Positions 13,455 through 24,767 of a stretch of DNA of 64,000 bases are shown here, one piece after another (the stretch's first letter is position 1; each line of letters starts with the position of its first letter). The stretch is from Podarcis cretensis (lineage: Eukaryota), in the NCBI GenBank assembly GCA_951804945.1, contig OX638158.1, forward strand, positions 44,888,001 through 44,952,000, written 5' to 3'. The notes under the pieces were generated by a model. The model was not told where the DNA came from. It saw nothing but the letters and a program-made list of their open reading frames with translations, and searched no databases. The translations under genes and the position numbers were made by a program.

Positions 13455-14516
13455 ATGAGTGGCACAAGAAAAAGGGGAGCAAGAACTAGACAAACAACTT
13501 TAACCTCAGCATTACAGACACGTAGATCATCTGTACCTACTCTGCCGGTAGCAGGGGAGGAAGAAATTGTATCTACTCTGCCGTTGGCAGGGGAAGAAGA
13601 AGAAACTGAGCAGTTACAGTTAGAAGATATGGCCTCAGGAGCAACTGCTTCAATCCTAGAGAAAATTTATGAAAAATTGGAATCCTTGGATAAAAGAGTA
13701 GAATCTCTGGACAAGAAAGCGGATGAACAAACAGCTAAAATTGATCAAAATACAGCTTGTCTAAACAGAATAACTGGACAGGTGGCACAGAACGTACAAG
13801 CAATTGGGCAGTTAACTGAGGCCTCTGAAGAGAATCGTAAATTGGCTGAGGCTACCAGCCAAAAAGTTGAAAAATTAGAACAAGAGGTAAAACCATTATG
13901 TAAACAAGTTGGAGAACATCAGATGTATTTGTCTATGATAGAACTGCGGAACCGGGAAAATAATTTAAGATTAAGGTCAATACCAGAAGCTGAAGAAGAA
14001 AACCTAGCTGAGTTCCTGACCAAAGAATTTTCCAAGTTCTGGTCTATACAGGAAGAAAAGGATTTTAAAATTGTATCGGCTTTCAGACTTGGAAGATTTG
14101 CAAAGAAAGATAAGCCCAGAGATTGCTTGATAACTTTGAGATCGAAGGAGGAAAGGGACAAGATTTTGGGATTACACTACGAAAAGTCACTGGACATTTT
14201 GGATAGAAGAGCAGAAATTTACAAAGATATCCCGAAACAACTGCTGGACCTTAGATCCGCCTATCTTGAATTGGTGAGACTGTTAAGGAGTAATTCAATC
14301 ATTTTCAGGTGGGAATTTCCTCAGGGATTATCCTTCACCTTCAGAGGGAAGAAAGTCAAGATTAAAACATTTGAAGATAGAGATAAATTTTTGATTGCTT
14401 ATGGAGAGGACCTTCAGAAAGGAATCGAAACACCCTTGGGGCCTGGAGCATCTGCTGTACCTTCTCCCTTGGAACCTGAAGATCCAGAGAAAAAGATACC
14501 ACCCCCTGAGAAATAA
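13455..14516 (+). CDS. L1 ORF1p (353 aa): coiled coil, RRM and C-terminal domain (Transposase_22-like)
   Basis: Uninterrupted ORF; heptad-rich central region, then RENNLRLRSIPE...FRLGR...PRDCLITL motifs typical of L1 ORF1p. Confidence 0.9.
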   Translation: MSGTRKRGARTRQTTLTSALQTRRSSVPTLPVAGEEEIVSTLPLAGEEEETEQLQLEDMASGATASILEKIYEKLESLDKRVESLDKKADEQTAKIDQNTACLNRITGQVAQNVQAIGQLTEASEENRKLAEATSQKVEKLEQEVKPLCKQVGEHQMYLSMIELRNRENNLRLRSIPEAEEENLAEFLTKEFSKFWSIQEEKDFKIVSAFRLGRFAKKDKPRDCLITLRSKEERDKILGLHYEKSLDILDRRAEIYKDIPKQLLDLRSAYLELVRLLRSNSIIFRWEFPQGLSFTFRGKKVKIKTFEDRDKFLIAYGEDLQKGIETPLGPGASAVPSPLEPEDPEKKIPPPEK

Positions 14517-14530
14517 CAGATTTGCTCAGG

Positions 14531-15496
14531 ATGTCTCTGCAACTGTTGAGCTGGAATATTAATGGGTGCAACTCTCCGGAAAAAAGGAGGAAATTATTTC
14601 ATATATTGAAAAAAGAACAATTGGACATTATCTGCCTGCAAGAAACACATGTGACAAGGCTCCATAGAAAAGTGCTAATAAATAAAAGATTAGGCCAAGA
14701 ATTTATATCTTCGGACCGAGTGAAGAAAAGAGGAGTGGTGATCTATGCAAAGGAGAGCCTATCACCTAAATTTTTATTTAAAGATGAGCAAGGAAGAATT
14801 TTGGCAATAGAGATACATTATCAAGGAGAGAAGTTTTTGATACTAGGAATTTATGCACCAAATGAAGGGAAATCGGAATTTTATAAGAAGTTGCATGAGA
14901 ATGTCCTGGACTATCTGGACTATGACAACATCATTATGATGGGAGATATGAATGGCGTGGTATCAACCAACATGGATAAGTCACAAAATCAAAATCTTAC
15001 AAAAGATGGAAGACTACCAAAGACCTTTTTTGAACTAACTGACAACATGGACTTGATTGACATTTGGAGGACAAATAACTCCTTGGGAAGAGAAGGAACA
15101 TTCTTTTCTGAAGCCCAACTGACATGGACGAGAATCAACCAAATATGGATATCTAGAGGTCTGGCACCTAAGACTGGAAAGGTGGAAAAGGTATTTAAGT
15201 ATACCTTCCCTAAGAAACCAGAGGCCTTCCTTTTGGGCATTGTTGACCAGAGGGTGCTAAGGAATGACCGAACATTTTTTATGTATGCAACAACAGCAGC
15301 AAGGATACTCGTTGCTAAGCATTGGAAAACCCAAGATCTACCCACACTGGAAGAATGGCAGATGCAACTGATAGACTATATGGAACTGGCTGAGATGACT
15401 GGCAGAATCCGAGACCTGGGAGAGGAGACGGTGGAAGAAGATTGGAAGAAATTTAAGGACTATTTGCAAAAATATTGTAAACTGTATGAATGTTAA
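14531..15496 (+). CDS. L1 ORF2 derivative: truncated APE endonuclease fused in frame to the ORF2 C-terminal ~100 aa; RT and CCHC domains absent
   Basis: ATG at 14531, 14 nt after the ORF1 stop; SWNING, LQETH, GIYAPN and GDMN motifs, then a jump near 15185 to KVFKYTFPKKPEAFLLG...EDWKKFK, homologous to the end of ORF 19132..20448. Confidence 0.88.
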   Translation: MSLQLLSWNINGCNSPEKRRKLFHILKKEQLDIICLQETHVTRLHRKVLINKRLGQEFISSDRVKKRGVVIYAKESLSPKFLFKDEQGRILAIEIHYQGEKFLILGIYAPNEGKSEFYKKLHENVLDYLDYDNIIMMGDMNGVVSTNMDKSQNQNLTKDGRLPKTFFELTDNMDLIDIWRTNNSLGREGTFFSEAQLTWTRINQIWISRGLAPKTGKVEKVFKYTFPKKPEAFLLGIVDQRVLRNDRTFFMYATTAARILVAKHWKTQDLPTLEEWQMQLIDYMELAEMTGRIRDLGEETVEEDWKKFKDYLQKYCKLYEC

Positions 15497-15858
15497 GGAG
15501 GATGCTTGATCACAAACAACTTGGCACCATTGAATTAGATAAACTGAACTATGAAGATAAGCTAAATTTAGGAAAAAATCAACTTTTAGATAATGATTAG
15601 GCTAAACTAAAAAGTTTTAAAAAGTCAAATGAATATATCTAAAATTCAAGATATAACATTGGAAAATTAGATAAGGTGGGGACAAGGTGATAAATTGCTG
15701 AATTAATTTTTATATTTTGGAACGTAGGAGAGGGAGATGTGAGGAAGTCCAAAAAGGATAAGAAAATATGTTATGAAATGTGATATTTTTTGTATGTTTT
15801 GTTTATTATGTTATAATTTAAAAAAAACTATTAATAAATATTATATATATATATAAAA

Positions 15859-15991
15859 ATAGAACTGTAGAGTTGGAAGGAACCAAGAGGGTCAACTAGT
15901 CCCACCCTGCAATGCTGGAATCTTTTGCCTAATGTCAAACCCACAACTCTGAGATTCAGTGTCTCATACTCTACCAAATGAACTATCCCGG
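15859..15991 (-). mobile_element. tRNA-Lys-derived SINE with CR1-type 3' tail, interrupted in its tail by the L1 insertion
   Basis: Minus strand CCGGGATAGTTCATTTGGTAGAGTATGAGACACTGAATCTCAGAGTTGTGGGTTTGA resembles tRNA-Lys(CTT); tail ...GACTAGTTGACCCTCTTGGTTCCTTCCAACTCTACAGTTCTAT. Confidence 0.75.
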
Positions 15992-16318
15992 TTGTCTCCC
16001 CACACCAAACTGTCTACAACCATCAGTACTCTTATATAATAAATTATTCCAGGTCAAATCAATCTGCAAGCACTATTTCCATCAGCATCTGTATCAACAA
16101 GTTGCCAGATTCATAGGATCTGAAAATAAACACATGTCCCAGCATGCCTTTCTATAAAGTCACTCCCTCTTCTTTTTTAGCATAATTAATTATCCTATTT
16201 AGCCCATCAAGCTTTTAATGAGTGGTAACTGCTTCAGGATTGGAAAACACTTCTTTTTTTTAAGTAATCTTTATGATCCTCTTTCCCTTCAAAGCCCCCC
16301 ACCAAAAATGATGTAAGT

Positions 16319-16320
<2 letters not shown>

Positions 16321-16358
<38 letters not shown>
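16321..16358. repeat. (AC)n microsatellite
   Basis: Direct read. Confidence 0.95.
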
Positions 16359-16360
<2 letters not shown>

Positions 16361-18387
16361 TTGTCTGGGGGTGCTCACCTACACAAATAGGCACTTCAGT
16401 AAAATTTAAATTCAGTAAATCAAATAAAAATAGGCAAACAGCTAATTGGGGAAGACAAACAGTGTCTTGGAGCTTAGTTTAAAAGTACAACATGTCTGTG
16501 AGATGGGAAAGCATGTGTTGTTTTTTTAAAAAAATGGGGGGTGGGATTATTTTTTAAAAAATGCTTGACATTCTGCAAGATCCAATTCGAAATATTGCAA
16601 CAAATGACACCTCACCCCCAAAAATTAGCCTACTGAAATAGAGAAAATAGGAGTGGGACAGTATCCAGAAGTAGATTTTTGTATGGAAAGACAGTGAACT
16701 TTGCTCAGTTCTGGAACTCAGAAAAAATCCATGGCTCCAGAATTCTTTCATTCTAGGTGCTTGTCTTATATACTAGGCTTCAGTAAAATCTTTCTTTCTG
16801 ATTTTTTTAAAAAAGTAGATTCTACAAGCCTGAAGTCTGCCCACCTCCCTTCCAGTCCTTTACCGAGAAATGAATATGGCATAATGACAGTTGTATGCAT
16901 ATAACCTTTGTAGATTAGATCAACTGAATATTGGCCACAAACTATCTAGAGTCTAGCTACCTAGATTCCAGACTATTTTCATACATGTTATAAAGTAGTA
17001 TGAAAACCTGCCAGTCAGAGATGACAGCTTCAAAACACCTATTTCATCACTACACATTTCTTTGATAAAGGAAAGCTACAGCAGTATCTTTAAAGAAAAG
17101 AAAAAGAAAAGTGTTTCTGTTATCATGGTTTTCAGTAAGTTTTCAGTACAATCACAATCCATTATTATTTTTTAGATAAGGGCATGATTATTTTGACCTT
17201 TTCCTACAAAGGAGAGTAGGAATCTTTTCATGTTATTCTAGTTCAAATAAGTAGGAGGTTATTGTAAAGGTTGTCTGATGAATGTTCTTCACAAAGTTCT
17301 ATATAATTTACTAGAATTTTATGTCTGAGCCTTTCTCAACATTTCTATAGATCGCACTTTCTTTACCAATGCCTCTCTGGTGTGCTTACTTCATTGAAAT
17401 CATGTGCAATTTCTCTAATTATCAGAAATATTTACTGAAAAGTCATGTTGGCAACAAAAGAAGGTAGAAGCTCATTTTATCAAAAAATAATATTTATCCT
17501 ATGCATAGAATTGTTGCAAGATATAAATATCTAATATTGGTGACTAACTTTTCTTTGTTATTTTTGTTTGTTCAGAATATGGAGGGTGGTTTTAGAGTAT
17601 TGTCTGAAACTTCGTTTATCAGGACATGAATTTGGGTCCATTTGTGCTTGCAAAAAACATGCATTCTAGAATACATGGGCATATAGCTTAGTCGTTTTCT
17701 AGCAGGCAAACACCTTCCAGAAGTGTATGGAACAAAATGACTAGTATTTTGGATATTGGAAGGACAAATGCTTGCCGTTACATTTGATAAGCAGCTGACC
17801 TACCACTCTTCATTGTACAGGGACAACTCTGTAAACATTAGGATTGTGCATAAACTCTTAGCAACAAAGCTGTTTTTTGAATTTCCACAATCCAACCCTA
17901 CTCATCTCCCTTACAAATGTAAGATGTTACATTGTATGTAATTCATACAAAACTGTTGTTGTAGGCTTCATGAAATGTAACACTGAGAACCCTACATGTG
18001 TGTAATTAAGTTACTGCATGAGAAATATTTTACTAACCCTTTCGTGCAGCGCTTCATGATATCCATATGGTTCAGGAGGACCCCCTGACTCTCAGCATAG
18101 GCACCTGCAACCTTCCGCTCCAACCTATAGTAATTTACTCTTTGGTCAGTTGATACATGTACAGTGTAAGTGCACGCACATTTACTCAGGAGTAGCTCCC
18201 ACTATGTTCAGGGGGGCTTAATTCCTAGTAAACATACATTTAGGATTAGTGTTAAAACTACTATAAAAAACGCTGTAAGGTAAGTGTAAATATAATTTAT
18301 GCATTTTGAGTTCACTACACACTGATGCAGTGGTGTACAATACTCTCTGTTTAAAATGAATCTAGCCTTTCAAGTAGTAAACACATA

Positions 18388-18614
18388 CAGTTGTACCTTG
18401 GTTCTCAAAGTTGAACATTTTGGCTCCCGAATGATTGAAAACCAGAAGTGATTGTTCCGGTTTTCGAACATTCTTTGGAACCTGAATGTCCGGCATGGCT
18501 TCCTATTGGCTGTTGCAAGAGCTTCCTGCAGCCAACCAGAAGCCGCTCTTTAGTTCCCAAACATTTTGGAAGTCGAACAGACTTCCAGAACGGATTCCAT
18601 TCGACTTCCAAGGT
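18388..18614. mobile_element. Tigger/pogo-like MITE, right end incomplete
   Basis: TA-CAGTTGTACCTTGGTTCTC start; internal motifs shared with 189..429. Confidence 0.75.
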
Positions 18615-18881
18615 TATTTATTAGTTATTTATTGCATTCAGGGGGGATTCTGATTGATAAAAATCTTACGGAAGAGAAGATGCTCTTTCACAAGATTGGG
18701 TTTCAATCACCCGTCTATCAAAACCCACAAAGGGAATGTTTCCTTACGCCTTTTCACTCATTACCTAATTAAATAAAGCTGGGGGCAGGGAGTAGAGTGG
18801 GGGTAATGAAAAACTGTGGCAATAGGAAGCTCAAAGGAGGTAGAGTTTGAGCATGATCCCCTGATGTCAAAAGGCCTTTCA

Positions 18882-20517
18882 TTATTATTTTTTTAATAAT
18901 TTTTATTTGTTTTTCAAACAGATAACAAAAACAATACAAAACAATATAACTTCAAACTCATCATTTCATACCCTTCTTTCTTTTGACTTCCCCATACCTC
19001 CCCATCCCTGCATCCTTGTTTGATGGTTCTTTAGCAACCCTTAGGTCCATTATCTTAATTCCCTTTCATAAAGATTCCTTTAGTTTTTTTTGATTACCGC
19101 TGCAATTCTTTACCTCTTACCCCCTGACATCTTAACATTCCTCAATTTTACAATTATTTTTAAGATATATTTTAAATTTCTTCCAGTCCTCTTCCACTGT
19201 CTCTTTCCCCTGGTCACGGATTCTGCCCGTCATCTCGGCCAGTCCCATAAAGTCAATCACCTTTGTTTGCCATTCTTCCAGAGTAGGTAGTTCTTGCGTC
19301 TTCCAATACTTTGCCAGTAGAATTCTTGCTGCTGTAGTGGCGTACATAAAGAAAATCCTATCCTTCCTTAACACCACTTGGCCAACCATGCCCAAGAGGA
19401 AAGCCTCTGGTTTCTTAGGAAAAGTCCACTTAAGGACCTTCTTAATTTCATTATAGATCATTTCCCAGAAAGCTTTAACCTTTGGGCAGGTCCACCAAAG
19501 GTGGTAGAAAGTGCCTTCAGTCTCATTACATTTCCAACACTTATTATTAGGCAAATGGTAAATTTTTGCAAGCTTGACTGGGGTCATGTACCACCGATAG
19601 ATCATTTTCATAATATTTTCTTTTAAAGCATTACATGCAGTAAATTTGATACCGGTGGTCCATAACTGTTCCCAGTCAGCAAACATAATATCATGACCAA
19701 TATCTTGTGCCCATTTAATCATTGCTGATTTCACCGTTTCATCCTGTGTATTCCATTTCAACAGCAAGTTATACATTTTTGATAAGTTCTTAGTATTGGG
19801 TTCCAACAGTTCTGTTTCTAGTTTTGACTTCTCTTTCTGAAATCCTATTTTCCTGTCCTGTTTAAATGTCTCATTTATCTGATGGTAATGCAACCAATCT
19901 CGAACCTTAGGCTTTAGTTTCTCATAACTCTGAAGTTTCACCCTTTCACCATCATATTCTAGAATCTCATGATATTTTGGCCATTTAGAGTCCATATTAA
20001 GCTTTTTTACTTCCCTGGCTTCCATTGGTGACACCCACCTGGGGGTTTTACTTTCCAGCAGATCTTTATATCTAATCCAAACATTATACAATGCTTTCCT
20101 TACAATATGGTTTTTAAAACTTTTATACACCTTTACCTTGTCATACCATAAGTATGCATGCCAACCAAAGTTATTGTTGTACCCTTCCAGGTCCAAAATG
20201 TCAGTGTTCTCAAGAAGTAGCCAGTGTTTCAACCAGCAGAAAGCTGCCGATTCATAATAAAGTCTTAAGTCCGGCAGGGCAAACCCCCCTCTATCCTTTG
20301 CATCAGTTAAGATCTTAAATTTAATTCTGGGCTTTTTGCCCTGCCAGACAAATTTTGATATATCTTTCTGCCACTTCTTGAAACAGTCCATCTTGTCCAA
20401 AATCTGCAACGTCTGGAATAAAAACAGCATTCTAGGCAATACATTCATCTTAATAGTAGCAATTCGGCCTCACAAGGAAAGTTTCAACCTTGACCATATT
20501 TCCAGATCCATATTTCC
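18882..20517 (-). mobile_element. 5'-truncated L1-clade element (ORF2 C-terminal third, 3'UTR and A-rich tail)
   Basis: 438-aa open frame 19132..20448 with GGFALPDL and the zinc knuckle CWKC...HLWWTC; AATAAA at 18902-18907 (minus strand); 10-bp TSD AGGCCTTTCA at 18872-18881 and 20518-20527. Confidence 0.93.
19132..20448 (-). pseudogene. L1 ORF2 C-terminal fragment (post-RT region, DUF1891-like and CCHC)
   Basis: Open for 438 aa; just upstream the frame reads LSL*GRIATIKMN (probable TGG>TGA); 5' part missing. Confidence 0.85.
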
Positions 20518-22006
20518 AGGCCTTTCAAGTTGATAATGCTATGTGCTTTTACAGTACAAAGCTTGTAGGATGTGGAACCTTGCACCAGCAGGAAGTCCTT
20601 CTGGGAGTCTCTACCTATCGGAAGTGATGCCCTGGTGTTTATATTTTCTGGTGGTAGTAATATAAATGGGCTGCTAGTGCTGATTCAAGGAAGCTGCTTG
20701 AGGCCTGAAATTGCTGAAGTCCACCATGTAAAAGCATACCAAATTTTTTTCAATCCAGCCACTCTCAAAAAAAGAATGCACTCTTCAAAATAATAAGGGA
20801 ACCTTTCTAAATCTGTAAATGTTAAACTACTACTAAATGTGGTACTGCAGATGTTATATTGAAGAAAGGGGAGGTGAGAATTTCAGTTTCCTCTAATCTC
20901 CTTTGATATTTGTGAAGTTTCAGAAGGATCCCACACCCAGGAAGGCTGTCACAATCAATATGTTAGCATTTCCAAATCTGCTAGCAGGACTACCACTCCG
21001 ACAACCACTCCTTACCCAAAGGTATGTAAATTTCAATAGAAGCTGTATAAAGGGAATTTATTAAACATGCTTGGTTATCCATACAACACAACTGTCAGGG
21101 AGAGTAATCCCTACAGACCATCCTTTTCCCATATACCTAATATACCCATATATTAGAACCTAACAATCTTATCATAAAGTTATAACTATGGACATCTAAA
21201 TACCCCTCCCAACCCAGAAGAAAAATTCATTTTTGTCCCTTCTGTTCTTTTACCAATTGGGCACTTTTTACCACTCAGTAACAGCTTGCGGGACTTCTCA
21301 CTTATTACTGGGCTAGATCAGCCAGCCATTTGTTCTATTTGTTGTATACACTGACTAGCATTTAAAATCACAGTTGCTATTGATTTTAACTTTGCTCATA
21401 CTTAAGATCCCATGGTCCTTTCTAACCCACTCAGGCTATCTGCATCTTGATTAGCATATAAATGAAGTTAAAGGAATTGCTCATGAATAAATACTGCTTC
21501 CAAATGAATTAGTTTTATTCACAGCTTGATAACTTCTTATAAACTTTCTTAGAAATATATATAATAGTTGATCAGTGACTGCTGTGATCCTAGTTATTGT
21601 TGGCTTGTTGGGTTTTTTTCTTGATACCATCAGTGAACTTGAATTCTGAGAATGTGAAATATGTATGGATTAAGCAAATGAGGGCAAGGAAAAAAGACAA
21701 AGCAACAGATTAACTGAAAGCATCAAGGCTGGCATATGATATAATAATGGCCAAATAACCTGACCCAACCTTCTGCAGCCAAAGCCATACCTTATTCGTT
21801 CAATTAGAAAGTTTGTATTCTTAGATCTCACTTATACATGAGAGGACACAATGAGATATTATTACTACTTAATGGTCTGTTAAAGAGCAAAAAGACATTC
21901 AGACTAGGTGATTGCTTCCTTTCACCTAACTTCACTGAGGAAGAATTTTTTACATAACTTTTCTATTCTATGAAATGAGTTCAGTTTTTTCCACCTATGG
22001 GAAGGA

Positions 22007-22081
22007 ATTATTATTATTATTATTATTACTATTACTATTATTATTATTACTATTATTACTATTATTACTATTATTATTATT
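22007..22081. repeat. (TTA/CTA)n microsatellite
   Basis: Direct read; explains the poly-Leu ORF 21975..22286. Confidence 0.95.
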
Positions 22082-23386
22082 TGTATCATGCCATTCGAAC
22101 AGACTGTGCCACTTCAGCTGCTATATAAATTTAGTAGCAAAAATGAGAAAAACAGCAATGAGAAGCAGCATATACCACTTGCAAAATGAGTTTCCTTTCT
22201 GTTTCAGAGTAATACAAAAGCATAATCTGAAAGCAACACCAAGCATCATGGAATTGATTTGTTATTACAGCTATATCAGAGCCTAAAATGCCTGGTGGTG
22301 GCAAAAGATGGTTGTAAGAATGTGAATGTCATAAAGCCCAACATCCAGTAACTATGTTAAGGCCAGTAGTAGCTCTTTGGGATATCAGTGGACAAGGAAG
22401 AGTCAGCAATTCTCTGTAGCCTTCCTGGACTAATAATGATATGGATTTTTATGAATTTTAGACTACATTACACTGGTCATGAGCTAGGTACATTATATTG
22501 TTTTGTATATTTATTGCCCCAACTATATTTTATTCAGTCTCTGAATTAAGTGAAGTAAGTTTCATGTAAGAACTCTGTACATGGGGTCTAATATAGGATT
22601 ATGAGTTTGTGGGGAGGAACGTAGGCTGTAAGTGAGATACTTCAAACCCAGCAAGTGTTAAAATACAAGTCAGGCTATCTTCCTGTGTTGAAGTGATAGA
22701 CTGGGTGATGGGCCATTAAGGAAACAGAAGAAAGGGGCTTTGTGTGAGATGGCAAATGAATGGCACCCCTCTCCTAGCTCCTGGTTAGTTAGAAGACGAA
22801 GCCAGAGTTTAGAGTTGAGTTGCAGTAATGTGACCTGGAAGTAAAGCAGCAAACTAGAGAGAGCAATGTCTGATTACTGTTTGACTCCAATAATGTAGCT
22901 ACTGGAGAAGTAAGACCCCTTTTGGGATATTAATGCAGTGAGTCCCTCTATCACAGGCTTAGGTTGCATATATGTATAAATAAATAAAGACACCACAGTC
23001 TTCACTGTGCCTCATTTTCAAAATGAAACACAAACTCTCTATAAGCATCCACTATACTTTATTCAGGGTCTGGATTAAGTGAAATGAGTTGCATGTAGGT
23101 GTTCCATGCATGGGGCCCAATATAAGATTTCACCTTCCTCAGAGTATCTCTGCAGTCTAAAGCCTCTTCAATTTATTCTTTGACTTTTGTTAAAATTAAC
23201 AACACTCTTCTTTCATTTCCTCCTTTAAAACAAAAATGTCTTTCTTACCATTCATTTTTCAGCAGCAGGAATAAAGTTTAGCACAGCTAATCAATGTCCT
23301 AAGATCAATTGTGAAGAAACAGTTCAGGAAAAAAAAAACACATGAATGCTTTATGAGATTCCACTGGGAGGAAAGTTTATTTTTAC

Positions 23387-23475
23387 CTGATTTGTTAGAC
23401 ACCCATATAATTGCCTCTGATGAGATGTGGCTCGTATTTCCTACTGCAATTGTTAATGGGATCTGCCACAAGTAG
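23387..23475 (-). CDS. TRHDE: TRHDE coding exon (89 nt, ~exon 10): (S)YLWQIPLTIAVGNTSHISSEAIIWVSNKS(E)
   Basis: Inside ORF 23259..23663; tcttgcag|CTACTTG...TCAG|gtaaaa; phase 2-1 fits its neighbours. Confidence 0.95.
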
Positions 23476-24369
23476 CTGCAAGACAAAGGAGGGCGATCTA
23501 AGAACAAAAATACTGAACTGGTTCTTCTCACTTTACAGCAATCAGGGATTACATCAAAGGAATCAAACAATTTCAGTAGTAGAGCAAAGATGTTGATTCG
23601 AATGTTACTTTGCCTTTTAAATAAATTTGCTATTGGCAACAAAACAATAAGAATGTCATTCATCTTTCAAAAAAGACAGTGATGCCCCCTTTTTTTACAT
23701 ACTATCATTACAAGATAGTTTCTAGTAAAAAAATAAAGTTACAAAACAGAGGAATGCTTTCCAATAGTAAGAAGAGTATAACTGAAATTAATTTAGGGAG
23801 AAGATAATCTAGAGCAAGCATATGCTTTGGTTTTAGTGACAATATACATTTCTACTACTGCCATTTTTAGTATCTTCTTAAAGGCTGCTGACAATAAAAT
23901 TTTATCCTCAATTGCTTACAGCCTTGTATAATTATTCGTATTTCTGTAAATCAAGTGTAAAATGCTACAGTTTATACCCATTTTACACAGATGTAACATA
24001 CTGGTGAAATCAAGCTCTAGTTTATTAATAGTATAAAATTCATACATGAATAATGGACCCAAAGCCTTATGAAGTCATTTGCAACAGGAGTTGCTTTATA
24101 CTGAATACCCTTTTTAATATTTGACGTGGTTTCTGCAGGATGTTGTACACTCTATCCTCGTAAGTAAAAGATAAAAAAGAACATATCCAGCCACAGTAGT
24201 TCTTCTCCAAAATGTATCAACCAAAGTGAAGGGCCATGCACACAATCTTAAATAGCATTACAAATACAGTTGTATGTAAACATACAGGTGAGGGTCACCA
24301 ATTTGTATTTAAGGAGATTGTATATGTCAATATGTGGGAACAAGATTCTCAACAATGTTATCTTGGTTG

Positions 24370-24635
24370 TGAGACCTGGAAGACCTGCTCTCAATGATTC
24401 CAGCTACAAAAGCTGAGGCTGCTGAACAGACCCTTGGGCTGGGGTGTTGGGAGTTTTTGTTGGGAAAGGGGTTCTTGCTGTGATTTATGTGAAAATCATT
24501 CAGTTTTGTTCAGCTTTTATGTTTTATTCATTGTTTATGACGAATTGTGTTATGTTGTAGTTAGGTCTTTTTTTCATGTTGTGTGCCACCTTGAGCATGG
24601 TTTGAACTGTGGAAAGGTGGAATACAAATAAAATT
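24370..24635 (+). mobile_element. Probable L2 3' end
   Basis: T-rich tract followed by TTGTGTGCCACCTTGAGCAT...GAAAGGTGGAATACAAATAAA, resembling L2 3' termini. Confidence 0.5.
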
Positions 24636-24767
24636 ATGTGTGCATGTATGTTGGACTACAACTACCATCAGACCCAGCTAGCATGAGCAAAAATTGGGCG
24701 AGATGGGACATGTAGCCAGTAACCACAGGAAGAGCCACAGTTTCCCTAGCCCTACTATAGACTAAAG

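Larger units (their letters stand above)
12456..15858 (+). mobile_element. L1-clade non-LTR retrotransposon, complete at both ends, ORF2 internally deleted (no reverse transcriptase)
   Basis: CpG-rich 5' end (GGGACTTCCGGAGGCGG...), ~1-kb 5'UTR, ORF1, short ORF2, 3'UTR with AATAAA at 15833 and a (TA)n/A tail. 18-bp TSD ATAGAAYTGTAGAGTTGG at 12438-12455 and 15859-15876 (1 mismatch). Confidence 0.93.

Noticed and set aside
21975-22286. Poly-Leu, signal-peptide-like ORF (and poly-Ile ORF 53614..53904)
   Set aside because: Translation of trinucleotide microsatellites.
22575-23040. Possible solo LTR (TGT start, AATAAA near the end)
   Set aside because: I could not establish TG...CA termini with a TSD; it needs a repeat-library search.
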